NCBI GenBank assembly: GCA_026023565.1
Contig: JAPETS010000013.1
Span: 186,001-250,000 of the forward strand
Length of the DNA: 64,000 bases
DNA from: Cirrosporium novae-zelandiae
Taxonomy: Eukaryota
Reading direction: 5' to 3'
Shown here one piece after another: positions 13,709-25,840 of the stretch. The translations under genes were made by a program, and so were the position numbers. The notes beneath the pieces are model-generated. The model was not told the DNA's origin. It searched no databases and worked only from the letters and a program-made list of their open reading frames with translations. Position 1 is the stretch's first letter; every line of letters begins with the position of its first letter.

Positions 13709-14128
13709 GGATGGGATGAATGGATGGATGGGTGGTGGTTGATAAATTCATGGCTGGCCGATAATGGAGATGACAAGTGGGGGAGGGGGTTCCGTTTCCG
13801 GTCAACTCTATTATCTTTCACTGCGATATGCGCGCTTGCCCGAGAGTTAATAGAACAAGCTTCTACGAAATGGAACCATCCTTTAGGGTATTGTCAAACT
13901 TATCATTTAGAGTAATATATATCTAATAGTGTAGAATACTTCTTTCGGCCCAAAGACATGGATCTCAATCTCAGAAAGCCACCCGATGTTAATGCTAGCC
14001 GGTATAAAGCAACAAATCTCTAGTCCATGTAGGCAACCATCCCTTTCCCAAAACGCCACTCCATAGCTTCGGCCGTTGGCCACCACGAATACCTATACAT
14101 TGACCAGAAAAGACAAGCCCATGCCCCA

Positions 14129-17100
14129 TTACCTTCTCCGCCCTTTTGGCTTTGGATTTGAAGTAGCCGAGCTGACACTAACTGCTCTCGATGAAGCTCT
14201 TGACGGGGCCTTGCTTGACTTGACGGCATCAAGTTGTTTGTTCTAGGAATAATCATGTTAGGAGACATATCAACCCTCAGTTAACAGAGCCTCGTAAATG
14301 ACTGCGACCTACCTTGACACCATTCTTGGCCTTCTTCTTAGCCGGTACGACCTCCTCCTCAACTTCATCAATCGAGTCTTCATCCCTTTCTCGGCCTCTG
14401 CCTTTCCCATTTGCATGGCCATTTAGCTTACTATCACCCTCAAACTCGCGAACAACAGTGTTGACGAGAGTAGTGCATCGTCTGCTAATCTCAACTGGTG
14501 TACGACTCAGAAAGAACCAGTCAAATCGGAAAAGAGGAGATTCCCGGATTTCTTCTCGAATTCGCTCATTTATGCCTTCGCTCTCGATTCCAAATCGATC
14601 CAGCATGACTAGCAGGAAACGATCTTCCTCTTCCGTGTAGACTTTCTTGTTGGTGGTGGAAACAGTGTAGCTGAGCTTGAGTTGCTGTAGGGGAACACGG
14701 TACTGTTCCATTTTTTTCCGAAGCATTTTACGTTGCCAGTCAAGCTTCTTCTGCTTCTCTTCACCGACTTCAATATTGTTGATATACTTGGAATAGTCCT
14801 GTATCTCTGTGTATCTCTTCCAGAACACTTTGGCGTACTCCTTAATTTCGTCGGGTTCCTTGCTATCAATTTCGGTCGAAATCCCTTCCCAATTGTTGCG
14901 CCCAAATTTGGCACAACCATTAATGAATTGCTGAAAGTCTCGCTTGTTCCAATCCGGGAAACCTTGTTCTGATAGACGAGTCTTTTCCTTTTGCTCCTCC
15001 TCGGTCAAGGGGGTTGCTTCGTCAATCTCCTGCTGTTCAAGATCACGCTCCTGGGTTCTCTCCTCGAGTGTTTCCTCCGGGCCATCAGGAAGAGGTACTT
15101 TATAGCTGATTTCCTTTCTGAAATAGGCAGTCTCTTTCTCTTGTAGTTCTTGGAGGCGCGGTGGAAAAAATTGATAGTCGTGAACTGAGACTTGTTTAGG
15201 TGCTCGAGGAGCCTTTGGCTTCGTATCTGCTGTACGACCTCCTGTTTGGATAGCCTGACGGTAGTACTGATTGATGGAATAGTTTTGTTGAGTTCGTTTA
15301 CGTTCCGATGGATTAATCCAGGATATACCTAGTTCCTCCTTTTTCTTGGTAAAATTCTTTCCGTCCCATTCATAAGCGGTGTCAGATGCGAACTTTTGGA
15401 GATCGTCAAGACCAAGTTCCTCATACCGTTGATGTAGTGCAGCCGTCCGCTCTTCACCGCGTTTCAGAATCGCATCAATATCAGCATCGGTAATATCTGC
15501 CTTGGCACCAACATTTCCTGCACCAACATTCTTGTTTTGATCAAAGACCTCTTGCGCACCGTGTTGGATCATATTCAAAAGTTCATCTTTCGAAGCAGCA
15601 TTCTTAGCTTGTGCCTGTGCACGACCTTGCTGAATGACGAGCTGGTCCAAACGTAATTTTTGTGCCGCTCTCTCCAGAACCTTCTCTTCAACAGCCTTTT
15701 CAGTGACAAATCTGTAGACGTATACTTGTTTAGTTTGTCCAATTCGGTGGGCTCGGTCCATCGCCTGTAGATCTGCTTGAGGATTCCAGTCGCTGTCGTA
15801 GAGAACGACAACATCCGCAGTAGTAAGATTAATACCTAGCCCGCCTGCACGGGTTGTCAGCAGAAATACGAATTTCTCAGATCCAGGCTTGTTGTATTCA
15901 TCGATGGCTGCAATACGGTCTTCATGGGCGGTAGAACCATCGATACGGCAGTACTCATGGTTACGCATAACACAATAATCTTCCAGAATATCTAATACCC
16001 TGCTCATTTGCGAGAATATCAGTATCCGGCTGCCTTTATTTTTCATCCTGACCAAAAGTTTGTCTAGCATGATCATCTTTCCTGCATTGTTTACCAGGTG
16101 CTCATCTGTTGTATAGGGTGGTCCTGGCTCGGCACCTTCGAAGAGATATGGATGATTGCAGCATTTCCGAAGCTGCATGACTATGTTTAAAAGCCGTGTC
16201 TTTGACTCACGACCACCCGTAGCTCCATTAACAGCATCGATGTCTTTCTCAAGGATCTTTTGGTACCATTTGACCTGCATTTCAGTCATGCCAATGTACA
16301 GATTGATTTCCTTCTTTGGCAGTAAGCTTTTTTCGACATCGCTTTTGACTCGTCTGAGAAGGAAGGGTCTTAGGACCCTGTGGAGCTGCTGGATAACTTT
16401 ATCCTGGTCATCATTCTGACTGGAAAACCATTGGTCGAAAGCCTCAGAGTCTCCAAACACATCCGGGAGCAAGAAATTAAGCAATGCCCAGAGTTCATGA
16501 AGATTGTTTTGCAAGGGTGTACCGGTGATGAGTAACCGGTTCCGGGAGCTGAATACTCGAATAATCTGTGCCAAGGATGATTCCTCATTCTTGATCCGGT
16601 GTGCCTCGTCAATTATAATATACTCCCAAGCAAACTTTTTGAGATGCGACTTTTCTCTCAGAATCATTTCGTAACTCGTAATGCACACATCGAATTTTTC
16701 GTCAATCAATCGATCATTGATCAGCTCGCGTCGTTCATCCTTGGCGCCCTGAAGGATGAGGACGTCGACTTCCGGAGTCCATTTGGCAAATTCTCGCTTC
16801 CAATTGTCCAAAGTAGATTTCGGTACGGTGATCAGGTGCGGGCCTGTAATCCCACATACATGGCGGAGATAACCAAGAAACGCAATGGTCTGCAAGGTCT
16901 TCCCCAACCCCATTTCGTCTGCTAGAATTCCGGAAATACCGTTTTCATGTAGCGAGATTAGCCAGTTGAGACCTGCAACCTGGTAGTCTCGCATCGTGCC
17001 ATGCACAAACGCAGGCGACTCTCGAAATACAATCTCCATATGTCCACCTCGCTTCTCGTCATGCAACAATTCAGCATCTTCTTCGTGTTCGGTCTTCCTT

Positions 17101-17821
17101 TTTGCAACTGCTGCGCCGCCAGAGCGGGCCGCTTGTTTCTTTTGCCTTGCTGCTTCTTCCGCATTTTGTCGATCGATTTCTGCGATAACTTCCTTAATGC
17201 GCGGATCGGGATTTGTGTCAATGAAATGGCGGAAGAGGTCTGTTAAGCCTAACAGATAGCGAAATCGTCGGATAGAATCATCTTCCTGCAAATCAAAAGA
17301 ATCCATCAGTAATAATTCTAGAAGCTGGCAATATGTAATTCGGCTAGCTTTTGGTGAATCATACCTTGGACTCGTCCAGCCTATTATGTTTCTTGCCAAA
17401 CACACTCTTTCTAAGTTGAGAGGCTTCTGATCGCCTCTTTCGTCCATCAAGTGGAGCTACATCACCCGCGACACTGCCTTCGGTGGTATTAGGATTGGTA
17501 GTCGATTCAGAATCCTATAGAAATTATTAGACAGCGCAAACGTGGCAGGGATTTGTTCATGAACAAACAGTATAATCTGGAGTATCCGCATCCTATAACG
17601 GGAAAAAATTAGTTTCTCTATGCCGTTGCGCCTGAAAATTGTCTTCTCAAGCTCTAGATTAAAGATTAAAGGAATGAAGTGAAGCTTACCACGATACTTG
17701 TATCTGGACGACCAGAGAAACCATTCAATGGCCTTGGTTCGTCATCTGTTCCAGTCATAGGCGTGTCAGCGGGGGTAGTCTCATCTGAGACAGGCGGAGC
17801 TGTTGTAGAAGGAGGAGCCAT
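14129..17821 (-). CDS. ISW2: ISWI-family chromatin remodelling ATPase
   Basis: SNF2 motifs '[11 protein letters not shown]', 'DEAH', '[11 protein letters not shown]', plus C-terminal HAND-SANT-SLIDE region. Three small 5' exons from ATG 17821 and a short last exon ending KGRRR*. Confidence 0.93.
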
Positions 17822-18762
17822 GTTCTCCAGGCCCCGCGTTGAGGCCTCGGTTTAGACTAAACAGTGTAATAGATATATTATACAAGGTGATGAGAATATT
17901 CAGTGTCAAGGTAAAGAGATGGAATAGGTGAAGTAGAGAATGGGGTGAGGTGGTCGGCGTAAGTCAGTTGGCCAGTTGGTGAAGCTGTTGAAGAGGAGAG
18001 TGTTTGTGTGGTTTAAGATGGAAATTCCAATATGAATCCGAGAAGAGCGCGCCTTGGCTAGGGATTGGGACGCGCCTATTCCTTGGAAGCTTTCATTGGC
18101 ACGTTATAGTTAACTAGTGTTAACTAAATACGACACCAATACCAAACCAGATACGCCAGACAGTTAAGCGAAAAATACTATTCTAGTTCCCGCATTTAAA
18201 TGGAAATATAATAATCCGCCTGGGCAGTCCTCTAGACATGCACGTGATAATCAAACCCACCTACCCTCAGGGTCTTATTGAACCGCCCGGAAAGGCCAAT
18301 GAATAGATCAATGAATCATGACTTTGGGCGCTGATTTTTTGTCGTTGGGTTCTGATATTCAACCATTCAACCTGTCCTTTGTGCCCGCTATTAGTAAATT
18401 ACTTGACATTTGTCATACTAAAGGAGTTTATGGAAACTTTCCTACATATATACCAGTATTTTTGTCCTTCGGCTAGTTCTTGCTTTTCAGGTTTGGGTGG
18501 CCACTTATTCACTTATTGTCCCACTGGACCTAGAATCAAAAGCATTTATTCTCCTCTGAAAATTTCTCCCCTTCAACCCCCCAACAATAAAAGGTAAGTT
18601 CTATATTTTCCCCTTAGGTCTCCATCATGTCTCCTTGTTGTGAAATAAGGACTAATTATCTCTTTCCTCCCTAGGCCTTTCGAGTAGCATTTGATTCAGC
18701 TACCAAAGGCAAGGCGCTTGGAAGAACGACGCCTCCCATCCTCGGTCATCACAACACAACAA

Positions 18763-19596
18763 ATGGACTCGATGCGATCTTTAAATAGGTCGCTTCCAAA
18801 GCCCACTCAAACCACCGAAGAGATCCTCCAGGCTTTTAAAGCTGCTGCCCTTTCCGTAACAACTCTTTACAAGACAGCAGCCAGTGAACAGAACCATGCT
18901 CACCAAACCGGATACCAAGAAGCCCTTGAGGATCTCCTGACTTTTCTTGAAAAGGAGAAGTTGGGTTTCTCTGAAGGTGAAGGCTCTAGAATCAGACAAT
19001 GGACAATTCAAAGACTGGATGCAACAAATTCCACAAGTGATACCGATGAGGATCGCAACGAGACAGAAAAGCGGGCACGGTCGTCATCACCTATCATGCA
19101 GAAAAAAACGACTTCTGAATCAGTTCCAGCTAGCCAGCCGTCAAGATCAACATCACCGGTACGAACAGGATCCGCTCCGCCCCTTCTCGCACCCGCGATA
19201 GCACCACCAGCGACACCACAAACAACCCAGGCACCTCAGGCAGCCCAAGCTCCTCAAGCTCCACCACAATTCATCTTTGGTTCTGGCATGGCCCTACCGC
19301 AGCAAGATACCGAGATGCAAACCGATACCACGATAAATAACCCTTTCGACCCAACCCACAACCCACCCTACAACCCCCCGGTTCGGGTGGGCGTTATGCA
19401 GCGTGGAGCTCGAAGTCGACACAGCGCTCTCACACCAAGATTAAACAGCCGTTTAACAGCGCTACAAAGAGGGGAATTTGGGAACGGCGCCGGTTCAAAA
19501 AGGAAAATCCATTTCGCAGATTTCTTTAACATACCAGAGGCAGGGAACGGAAAGGACTGGCCTGGAAATGGCAACAAAAGGGGCAAATATCTCTAG
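18763..19596 (+). CDS. Conserved fungal protein resembling HAPSTR1/C16orf72 (DUF4588-like helix), with basic C-terminal NLS-like patches
   Basis: ATG 18763 (MDSMRSLNRSLP). Motif 'FKAAALSVTTLYK...GYQEALEDLLTFL', S/P-rich tail, 'SKRK' and 'NKRGK'. Apparent 5'-UTR intron 18594-18674 (GTAAGT..ACTAAT..CTAG). Confidence 0.7.
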   Translation: MDSMRSLNRSLPKPTQTTEEILQAFKAAALSVTTLYKTAASEQNHAHQTGYQEALEDLLTFLEKEKLGFSEGEGSRIRQWTIQRLDATNSTSDTDEDRNETEKRARSSSPIMQKKTTSESVPASQPSRSTSPVRTGSAPPLLAPAIAPPATPQTTQAPQAAQAPQAPPQFIFGSGMALPQQDTEMQTDTTINNPFDPTHNPPYNPPVRVGVMQRGARSRHSALTPRLNSRLTALQRGEFGNGAGSKRKIHFADFFNIPEAGNGKDWPGNGNKRGKYL

Positions 19597-20059
19597 TCTA
19601 GTCCAGGAACAATTAGCTTTTGAGGGTTGAGGGTGGAGAGGGAGAATGAGAGAATAGTGCCAAGACTTGATTATTATTTTTGAGGAATTACGGACGACAC
19701 GAACAAACGGAACGATTCAGGTTTCTTGCAAGCAATTGTAGTGAGCCGGCAAACAAATTATATATAGGGTTTCTAACACGGAAAGACTATTTCGAAGGGA
19801 AGAATGGATTAAGTATCTATTGCTTCTACAAAGTCTTCTCTTCCAGGGAACCTATCTATCGATTATGGTTTTGCTATCTCCAAATCCTAGCAATATCATG
19901 TTCAACCATACCCAAAAGACACCAACAACCTATTCTTCCCCAACACCACACCCCGCATTGCGTTGAGGTCGGAGGATTTGGAGGAGGACCACGGCAATCA
20001 TCCCGTCTTGTCCGCTCTTGGAATTAAAAAATCCCCTCACAATTATATCCTCCTCCCTC

Positions 20060-22500
20060 TTTCTTTTTCTCTCTTATCCTTATCTCCCTACTTACCTACT
20101 TTCCATCCATCACCATCACCACCACCACCACATCATCATAAGCATAAGCATAAAACCCACCCAGCCACTCACCCCAACCATCATAACTGCATCACAGGAG
20201 TATTACGAGGCGTTTCGCGCATACATGCATACATATAACCCCAGGCGTTCCCAATTTAATTCCGGGAGTTGAAGAAGCTAGAACCAGCTAAGCATGATTG
20301 AATAGGGAGAGGGGGAAGGGAGGATTTGGATTTATTTTTGTTTGTCAAGTCAGTCAGTCAGTCAGGCCAGTTATGAGGATATCTATATACCTATTTTTCC
20401 TATCTATGCCTATGCCTATGCCTATGCCTATATCCACGTCTTTCTCGTAGCTACCCTACCCTACCCACCTACATGCCTACCTACATCCCACCCCAAAAAC
20501 ACCAAAATCACCAAAAAGGAAAAGGAAAAGTCTGCAAATGTGATTCATCCATCCATCCATCCAACCAACCAACCGAGGTCTTCTCGCCTAAAAGAAATCG
20601 GAATGGAAAACCCCCTATTGTATAAGTATAGTATAAAATTATAAACAGAATAGATATAGTAGTAAGTAGTGAGTAAGTAGTTATAGTCGCATTTACATAT
20701 AATACCTCTCTACTCCCCCAGCCCTTAGAGCGAGTTATACCATCTCATCTCCTCTAGCACGGGAAATCCCAGGACCAGGACCAGGACCAGGGGGGAGGGT
20801 AGTATGTAGTGTAGAGTAGAAAAAGTAACCAAGCCTTTTATTCTTCTTCTTCTTCTTCTTCTTCTTTCTAATACCCTTACATATATATACCGTATTCCAC
20901 ATTCAATTAATTAATTCTAGGGAAGTTTTGTGTGATTGTGATTTATTAAGGGAATTGGATTGGATTGGAGGGGGTTGATTGATTGATTGATCAAGGGATA
21001 AAGGGGGAGGTCTGTTATTGCGATTATTTGGGTGTATGTGTGTGTGTGTGTATATATATATTACTTCTCGGGTATTATATTATGTATCCATCATCCCACC
21101 ATGGCATCATTTCATTTCATCTAACCCTCTAACATTCCAACATTCTAAAAATGTTTAACCCTTTACTATACATCCACAATCCACATCCACATTTACATTA
21201 TAAAAATATAACAACCCCCCCCCTTCCCTCCCCCTACTAACAAAATCTTTTTTCACATACCCCCCAATATAATACCCCCAATATAATATATAACACACAA
21301 TCATCAAAAAGACTATACTGAATAAAATAAATGAAAGAAGTGGTTGACTTCGATAGGAATGAGAATGGAGATCTATATATATCTCTCTCTCTAGTACTGA
21401 AAAAAAAAAAAAAAAAAAAAAAACTTGTAGGTGTGAGGGTTGATTGTTGGTTAGGTTGTGGGTTATGTGTGTGGGTTGTAGGCGGGGGAGATACATCCAT
21501 ACTAATATACAAATACATATACATATACAATTATATATTATATCAACGAATGATTGTAAAAAATGAAAATGAAATGGAATGGATGGTTTCCATGGGAATA
21601 GGAATGGGAATAGAGATCTATCTCTCTTCGGTATTGAAAAAAAAAGAAAGAAAGAAAAAAAAACTCGTAAGGGAGGTTGGTGATTAGGCTACGGGTTGTG
21701 GGTTGTGGGTTGTGGGTTGTAGGTAGGGGAGGTTGGTGATGGATAGGAGGAGGGGATACGAACACACACGCACACACACATGCGCGCGGGCGCCGTCGAT
21801 TGCAAATGTGGTAACACCACATATCTAGGTACAGTACCTAAGTAGTTTACTACTCGAGTACCCGAGTACATATGTATTTCTAACCATAGGATCGACTACA
21901 CCACACCACATCACATCGTATCGTATCACAGGTAGTAAGTACCCCACCCATCCCACCCATCCCATCCCACGTATCTTAAATAAGGCAAAAAAAAATCTGA
22001 GGGTGGGAAATAAGAAAATATCGATTAAAGATAAAGAGAACGAGAATGGGACTTGCTGGGGGTTAGATATTGGATATTAAAAGCAAGGAAAGGAAGGGAA
22101 TAATAAGTAAAGAAGGAAGCGAAAAAGAAAAGAAAAGAAAGAGAATGAAGAGAATCCTTTCTTTTCTTTTCCTTTCCTTTTTTTTAAAAGTTTCGGCTAT
22201 TCGGCGGTTTTTTATGCTTGTATGTGTGTGCAGAGTATATGCGTATATATAATATCCATCATATATATGATTGACAAATTCCTTTAACAGCGCTAGTGGT
22301 GGTAGTGGTGGTGGTACTGCTGCTGATTATTTTCTTCTTGTGGCAAAATATGATATGATATGACATTTTTTAGTATTTGGGTGGGGGGAGGAGAGGGGGA
22401 CTTTGTTGCTTGCTTGGTTACTTGCTTGGAAGGGAAGGGTTTGGTGTTTACTGTATGTAGATATAGATATATCAAGGTCGTATCGGTTTTTGGTTTTTGG
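20060..22500. repeat. Low-complexity, microsatellite-rich intergenic tract
   Basis: Runs of (CAC/CAT)n, (TATGCC)n, (CCAGGA)n, (TTC)n, (GT)n, (TA)n, poly-A at about 21400-21423 and (GGGTTGT)n. No credible coding frame. Confidence 0.85.
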
Positions 22501-23567
22501 TATGTATGTTCAGGACGGTGGAAACGATGTTATAGCAGGCAAGAGTATAGCTAGGGGAGATATGGTTCCCAGCAAGTTAGCACAATGGGCAAGACAGCTC
22601 TCCTAACATAAAGAAATGCCCAAATGTATATAATGAGACTCACGGCATTTCCATCCAATATCCACATTAGAACGTTTTGCTTGCTATATCTATTCTGCAC
22701 GACAGCCTTCTACTACACATCATCCAATTGGAACCTAGTCCGGAGTTATGTCGGTCTTTTGGTAGAGATGTAGGATAGATAGTACTGCAGTGCCAATTCA
22801 TGCATGGTGGATAGCTAACTGGATCTAAACAAGGGGAAACCTTGTATATTCATGGTTGAGTAATCTGAAAAACAAAATAGTAAATATCTAGTTATTTCAG
22901 GTGTCGGTAAAGCCACCTGCGGACGATGAACGGAGGATAGGATAAATGAGGTCGATTTTACTAAAAATAGAAATAAAAATAAAGGGAGGAGAGAAATGGA
23001 CTACGCCGTAGAGGAATGTTTCCACAATCAAAATATTTAGATAGATGATGAATATAACCTTGACAGTTCATAGGAGAGAGAGGCATCCACGATATAATTA
23101 TTCGGGTTCCATTTCCTCGTTATTTGATGATTGTTCGGGAAATCGGGAAACATTTCGGGAAACACCTGAAAGATCGGATAGATAGATAGATAGAGATTAT
23201 CGCTTTGCGGAGCCAGTGGCACAAAAAACATAAAATCAATAACTAAACCATGCCTGCATCCGATATGAGTACTTGCTTTTGTTTATTTTTATTTGATAAT
23301 CGCTGGCTTGATAGGTGACTTGTAGGAATTATGGAGCAATTAGAGTAAAACTAGGCACGGGTTTTTTATTTTATGGTGTTATTTACCCATTTGCGAATGA
23401 TGTCGGAGCTGACCTCCGTGCCACTGTAACCATCTAGGTACAGTACATATACTCAACTTGTGACTCACTAGTTCTACTGTTCTTCTGTCATCTCTAATCT
23501 ATACTTCCAGTCCCGAGTCTAATCACCACTCCGGAATCTCTCTGTCACGATTCAATTGAGCCCCGCC

Positions 23568-24866
23568 ATGACTTCCTTAGACGCTATCTATGTTCAGGCC
23601 GAGCAGGACTTCATTGCGAAGAACCCAAAGAGTCGCGAGATATACAACTCAGCTGTCGAATCACTACCGGGGGGCAACACACGTAGCGTGCTCTTCTATA
23701 AGCCGTACCCGTTAAGCATAATTCGTGCTGAGGGTTGTCACCTGTTTGACGCAGATGGCCACAAATATACAGATTTCTTGGGAGAATATACCGCCGGGCT
23801 ATACGGACATTCGGAACCACGAATAATACAGGCTATTACTGAAACTGTCGCTAATGGTGTGAATTTTGGGAGTCAGCATGCTAATGAGGGTAAACTTGCG
23901 AAACTTATCAAGGATCGCTTTGCGAGTATCGACCTCGTTCGTTTCACGAATTCGGGAACCGAGGCGGCCCTTATGGCATTGGCTGTTGCTAAAATATACA
24001 CGAAGAGGTCTAAGATTATGGTGTTTGAGGGTGGATATCATGGAGGTGCTTTTGTGTTCCATCATGGCAATGACCCAATCAACGTACCCCACGAATACCT
24101 TCTGGCAACTTACAATGACACCTCTTCGGTTGATAGGTACATTTCCCAGTATAATGAAGACCTTGCCGCAATCATCGTTGAACCCATGCTTGGTTCAGGG
24201 GGTGGAATCCCCGCGTCGCAACAATTTCTAGAGCACCTACGTACAAAGGCCACTGAATCGGGAGCAGTTTTGATATTTGATGAAGTGATGACCTCGCGTT
24301 TATTTTCAGGGGGAGGGGTGCAGTCACATTTTGGTATTAAGCCAGATATGACTACTCTTGGTAAATATATTGGAGGCGGAATGTCTTTTGGTGCCTTTGG
24401 AGGGAAACGAGAAATCATGGAATTGTTTGACCCAAGAAGCAATGGGATCAGGCATGCGGGGACCTTCAACAACAATGTTTTTACAATGGCAGCGGGTCGA
24501 GCAGGATTGGAACAGGTGTTCACACCAGATAGGGCAAAGGAACTTCATGCGGCGGGAGAGGAGCTTCGCAGGAAATTAAACGATATTGGAAAAGGGACAA
24601 CGATGAGAGTCTTGGGCTGCGGTTCCATCATGGCATTCCATTTCACCAAAACACCTTTGGAACAGATCCACTCACCAAATGACTTTGAGGACAATCCATT
24701 GCTACTCGATTTACTCCATCTTTACCTATTGGACCAAGGATACTATATTGCCCGACGTGGGTTCATGTCATTGAGTCTGGCATTGAAGCCATCGGATTTG
24801 GATGGTTTGGCGCAGACAGTTGGGAGCTTCTTGAGAGAATATGGCGCCATGGGTCAAATTGTTTAA
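23568..24866 (+). CDS. PLP-dependent class-III aminotransferase (GSAM-like / beta-amino-acid transaminase family), intronless
   Basis: 'PGGNTRSVLFY', 'RFTNSGTEA', 'GGYHGG', 'LIFDEVMTSRL', PLP lysine in 'TTLGKYIGGGMSFGAFGG', and 'HAGTFNNN'. Confidence 0.9.
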   Translation: MTSLDAIYVQAEQDFIAKNPKSREIYNSAVESLPGGNTRSVLFYKPYPLSIIRAEGCHLFDADGHKYTDFLGEYTAGLYGHSEPRIIQAITETVANGVNFGSQHANEGKLAKLIKDRFASIDLVRFTNSGTEAALMALAVAKIYTKRSKIMVFEGGYHGGAFVFHHGNDPINVPHEYLLATYNDTSSVDRYISQYNEDLAAIIVEPMLGSGGGIPASQQFLEHLRTKATESGAVLIFDEVMTSRLFSGGGVQSHFGIKPDMTTLGKYIGGGMSFGAFGGKREIMELFDPRSNGIRHAGTFNNNVFTMAAGRAGLEQVFTPDRAKELHAAGEELRRKLNDIGKGTTMRVLGCGSIMAFHFTKTPLEQIHSPNDFEDNPLLLDLLHLYLLDQGYYIARRGFMSLSLALKPSDLDGLAQTVGSFLREYGAMGQIV

Positions 24867-25786
24867 GAAAATGTGCTATAGAAAGTATATGTGTGGTGGC
24901 GCCCGTGATGGGTGGATAAGAGTGAGCAATGAATGAAATGATGATGCAGTCCAGTTGGGTAAAATTGTTCCTGGATTGATACGGGTGAAGGTTCAGGTAG
25001 CCATGGATTTACAAGCCAATAATGGTAAATGGCATGAAGTCGAAATTACCTAGTGGTGGAACCCATGGATAACAATACGTTTAGGGTTTTGCGGACCCAA
25101 AAAGGTAATCAAGGCCTGAAGATTTGAAGGCGGGAAGTCAACCGGTTGGTTACTGATCATGAATTGTGGCGTAAGGAAAGTCATGACCTTTTTTCTTCTT
25201 TTCTTCTTTTCTTCTTTTTTCTTTCTTTGGTGTTTAACTACCCGAGGTAGATAGATACCTACATGTAGGTAATGATAGCATTACAGGGTATATGTGTATA
25301 TGTAGATGACCACCGAAGTATCAGAATGTTGAGATGCAATAACAGATAAGAATAGTGGGAAGAATATTTCCCCTCAAGATCCAGTGACAGTGGTTAGCGG
25401 TTTATTTAACGGCAATTGACTTATCTACTACTGTGGGGGAACAAGTGTGGCAGTCTAAGGGATTCAATTAATTCATGCTAGATAGATATACATTCAATCG
25501 GTAAATTGATCGGGTCAATTTCAGCTCTGCGAGTAGTCCTGAAGGTTTGAGGCTGGTGAAGCATGAATCCAAAAGCACGCATGCCAAAAGACGCCCCCCC
25601 TTTTTCAAATCATTCAGCATCCAATACTTTGTAGCGATTATTTCAACTTATTAGATATCTAGCATCGACTTGTAGATACATCTCCGTAGACGCCGGGGTG
25701 GTTTGTATCTTGAGCATTGACTCCATTTGGCCCTCTTCCTTCCTCTTTTTTTTTTTTCTCTCTTTCTCTTCTCATATTGATCTTGT

Positions 25787-25840
25787 ATTTTTTATTTTTT
25801 ATTTTTTATTTTTTATTTTTTATTTTTTATTTTTTATTTT
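25787..25840 (+). repeat. (ATTTTTT)n heptamer tandem repeat
   Basis: About 7-8 direct copies read in the sequence. Confidence 0.85.

Noticed and set aside
14314..17259. Antisense and alternate-frame ORFs overlapping ISW2 (and likewise over RTF1, GH47, ICL1, VID27)
   Set aside because: Shadow ORFs of long coding exons with no independent evidence.
17288..17450. ORF-track N-terminus of ISW2 (MMDERGDQ...)
   Set aside because: Read-through of an intron and an out-of-frame exon. The real start is at 17821 via three small exons.
19963..22606. Numerous 60-120 aa ORFs in the low-complexity tract
   Set aside because: They are translations of microsatellites and homopolymers with no domain-like content.
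23568..24866. Calling the aminotransferase hemL (glutamate-1-semialdehyde aminomutase)
   Set aside because: Fungi use ALA synthase, and the motifs fit the beta-transaminase subgroup better. No gene symbol assigned.
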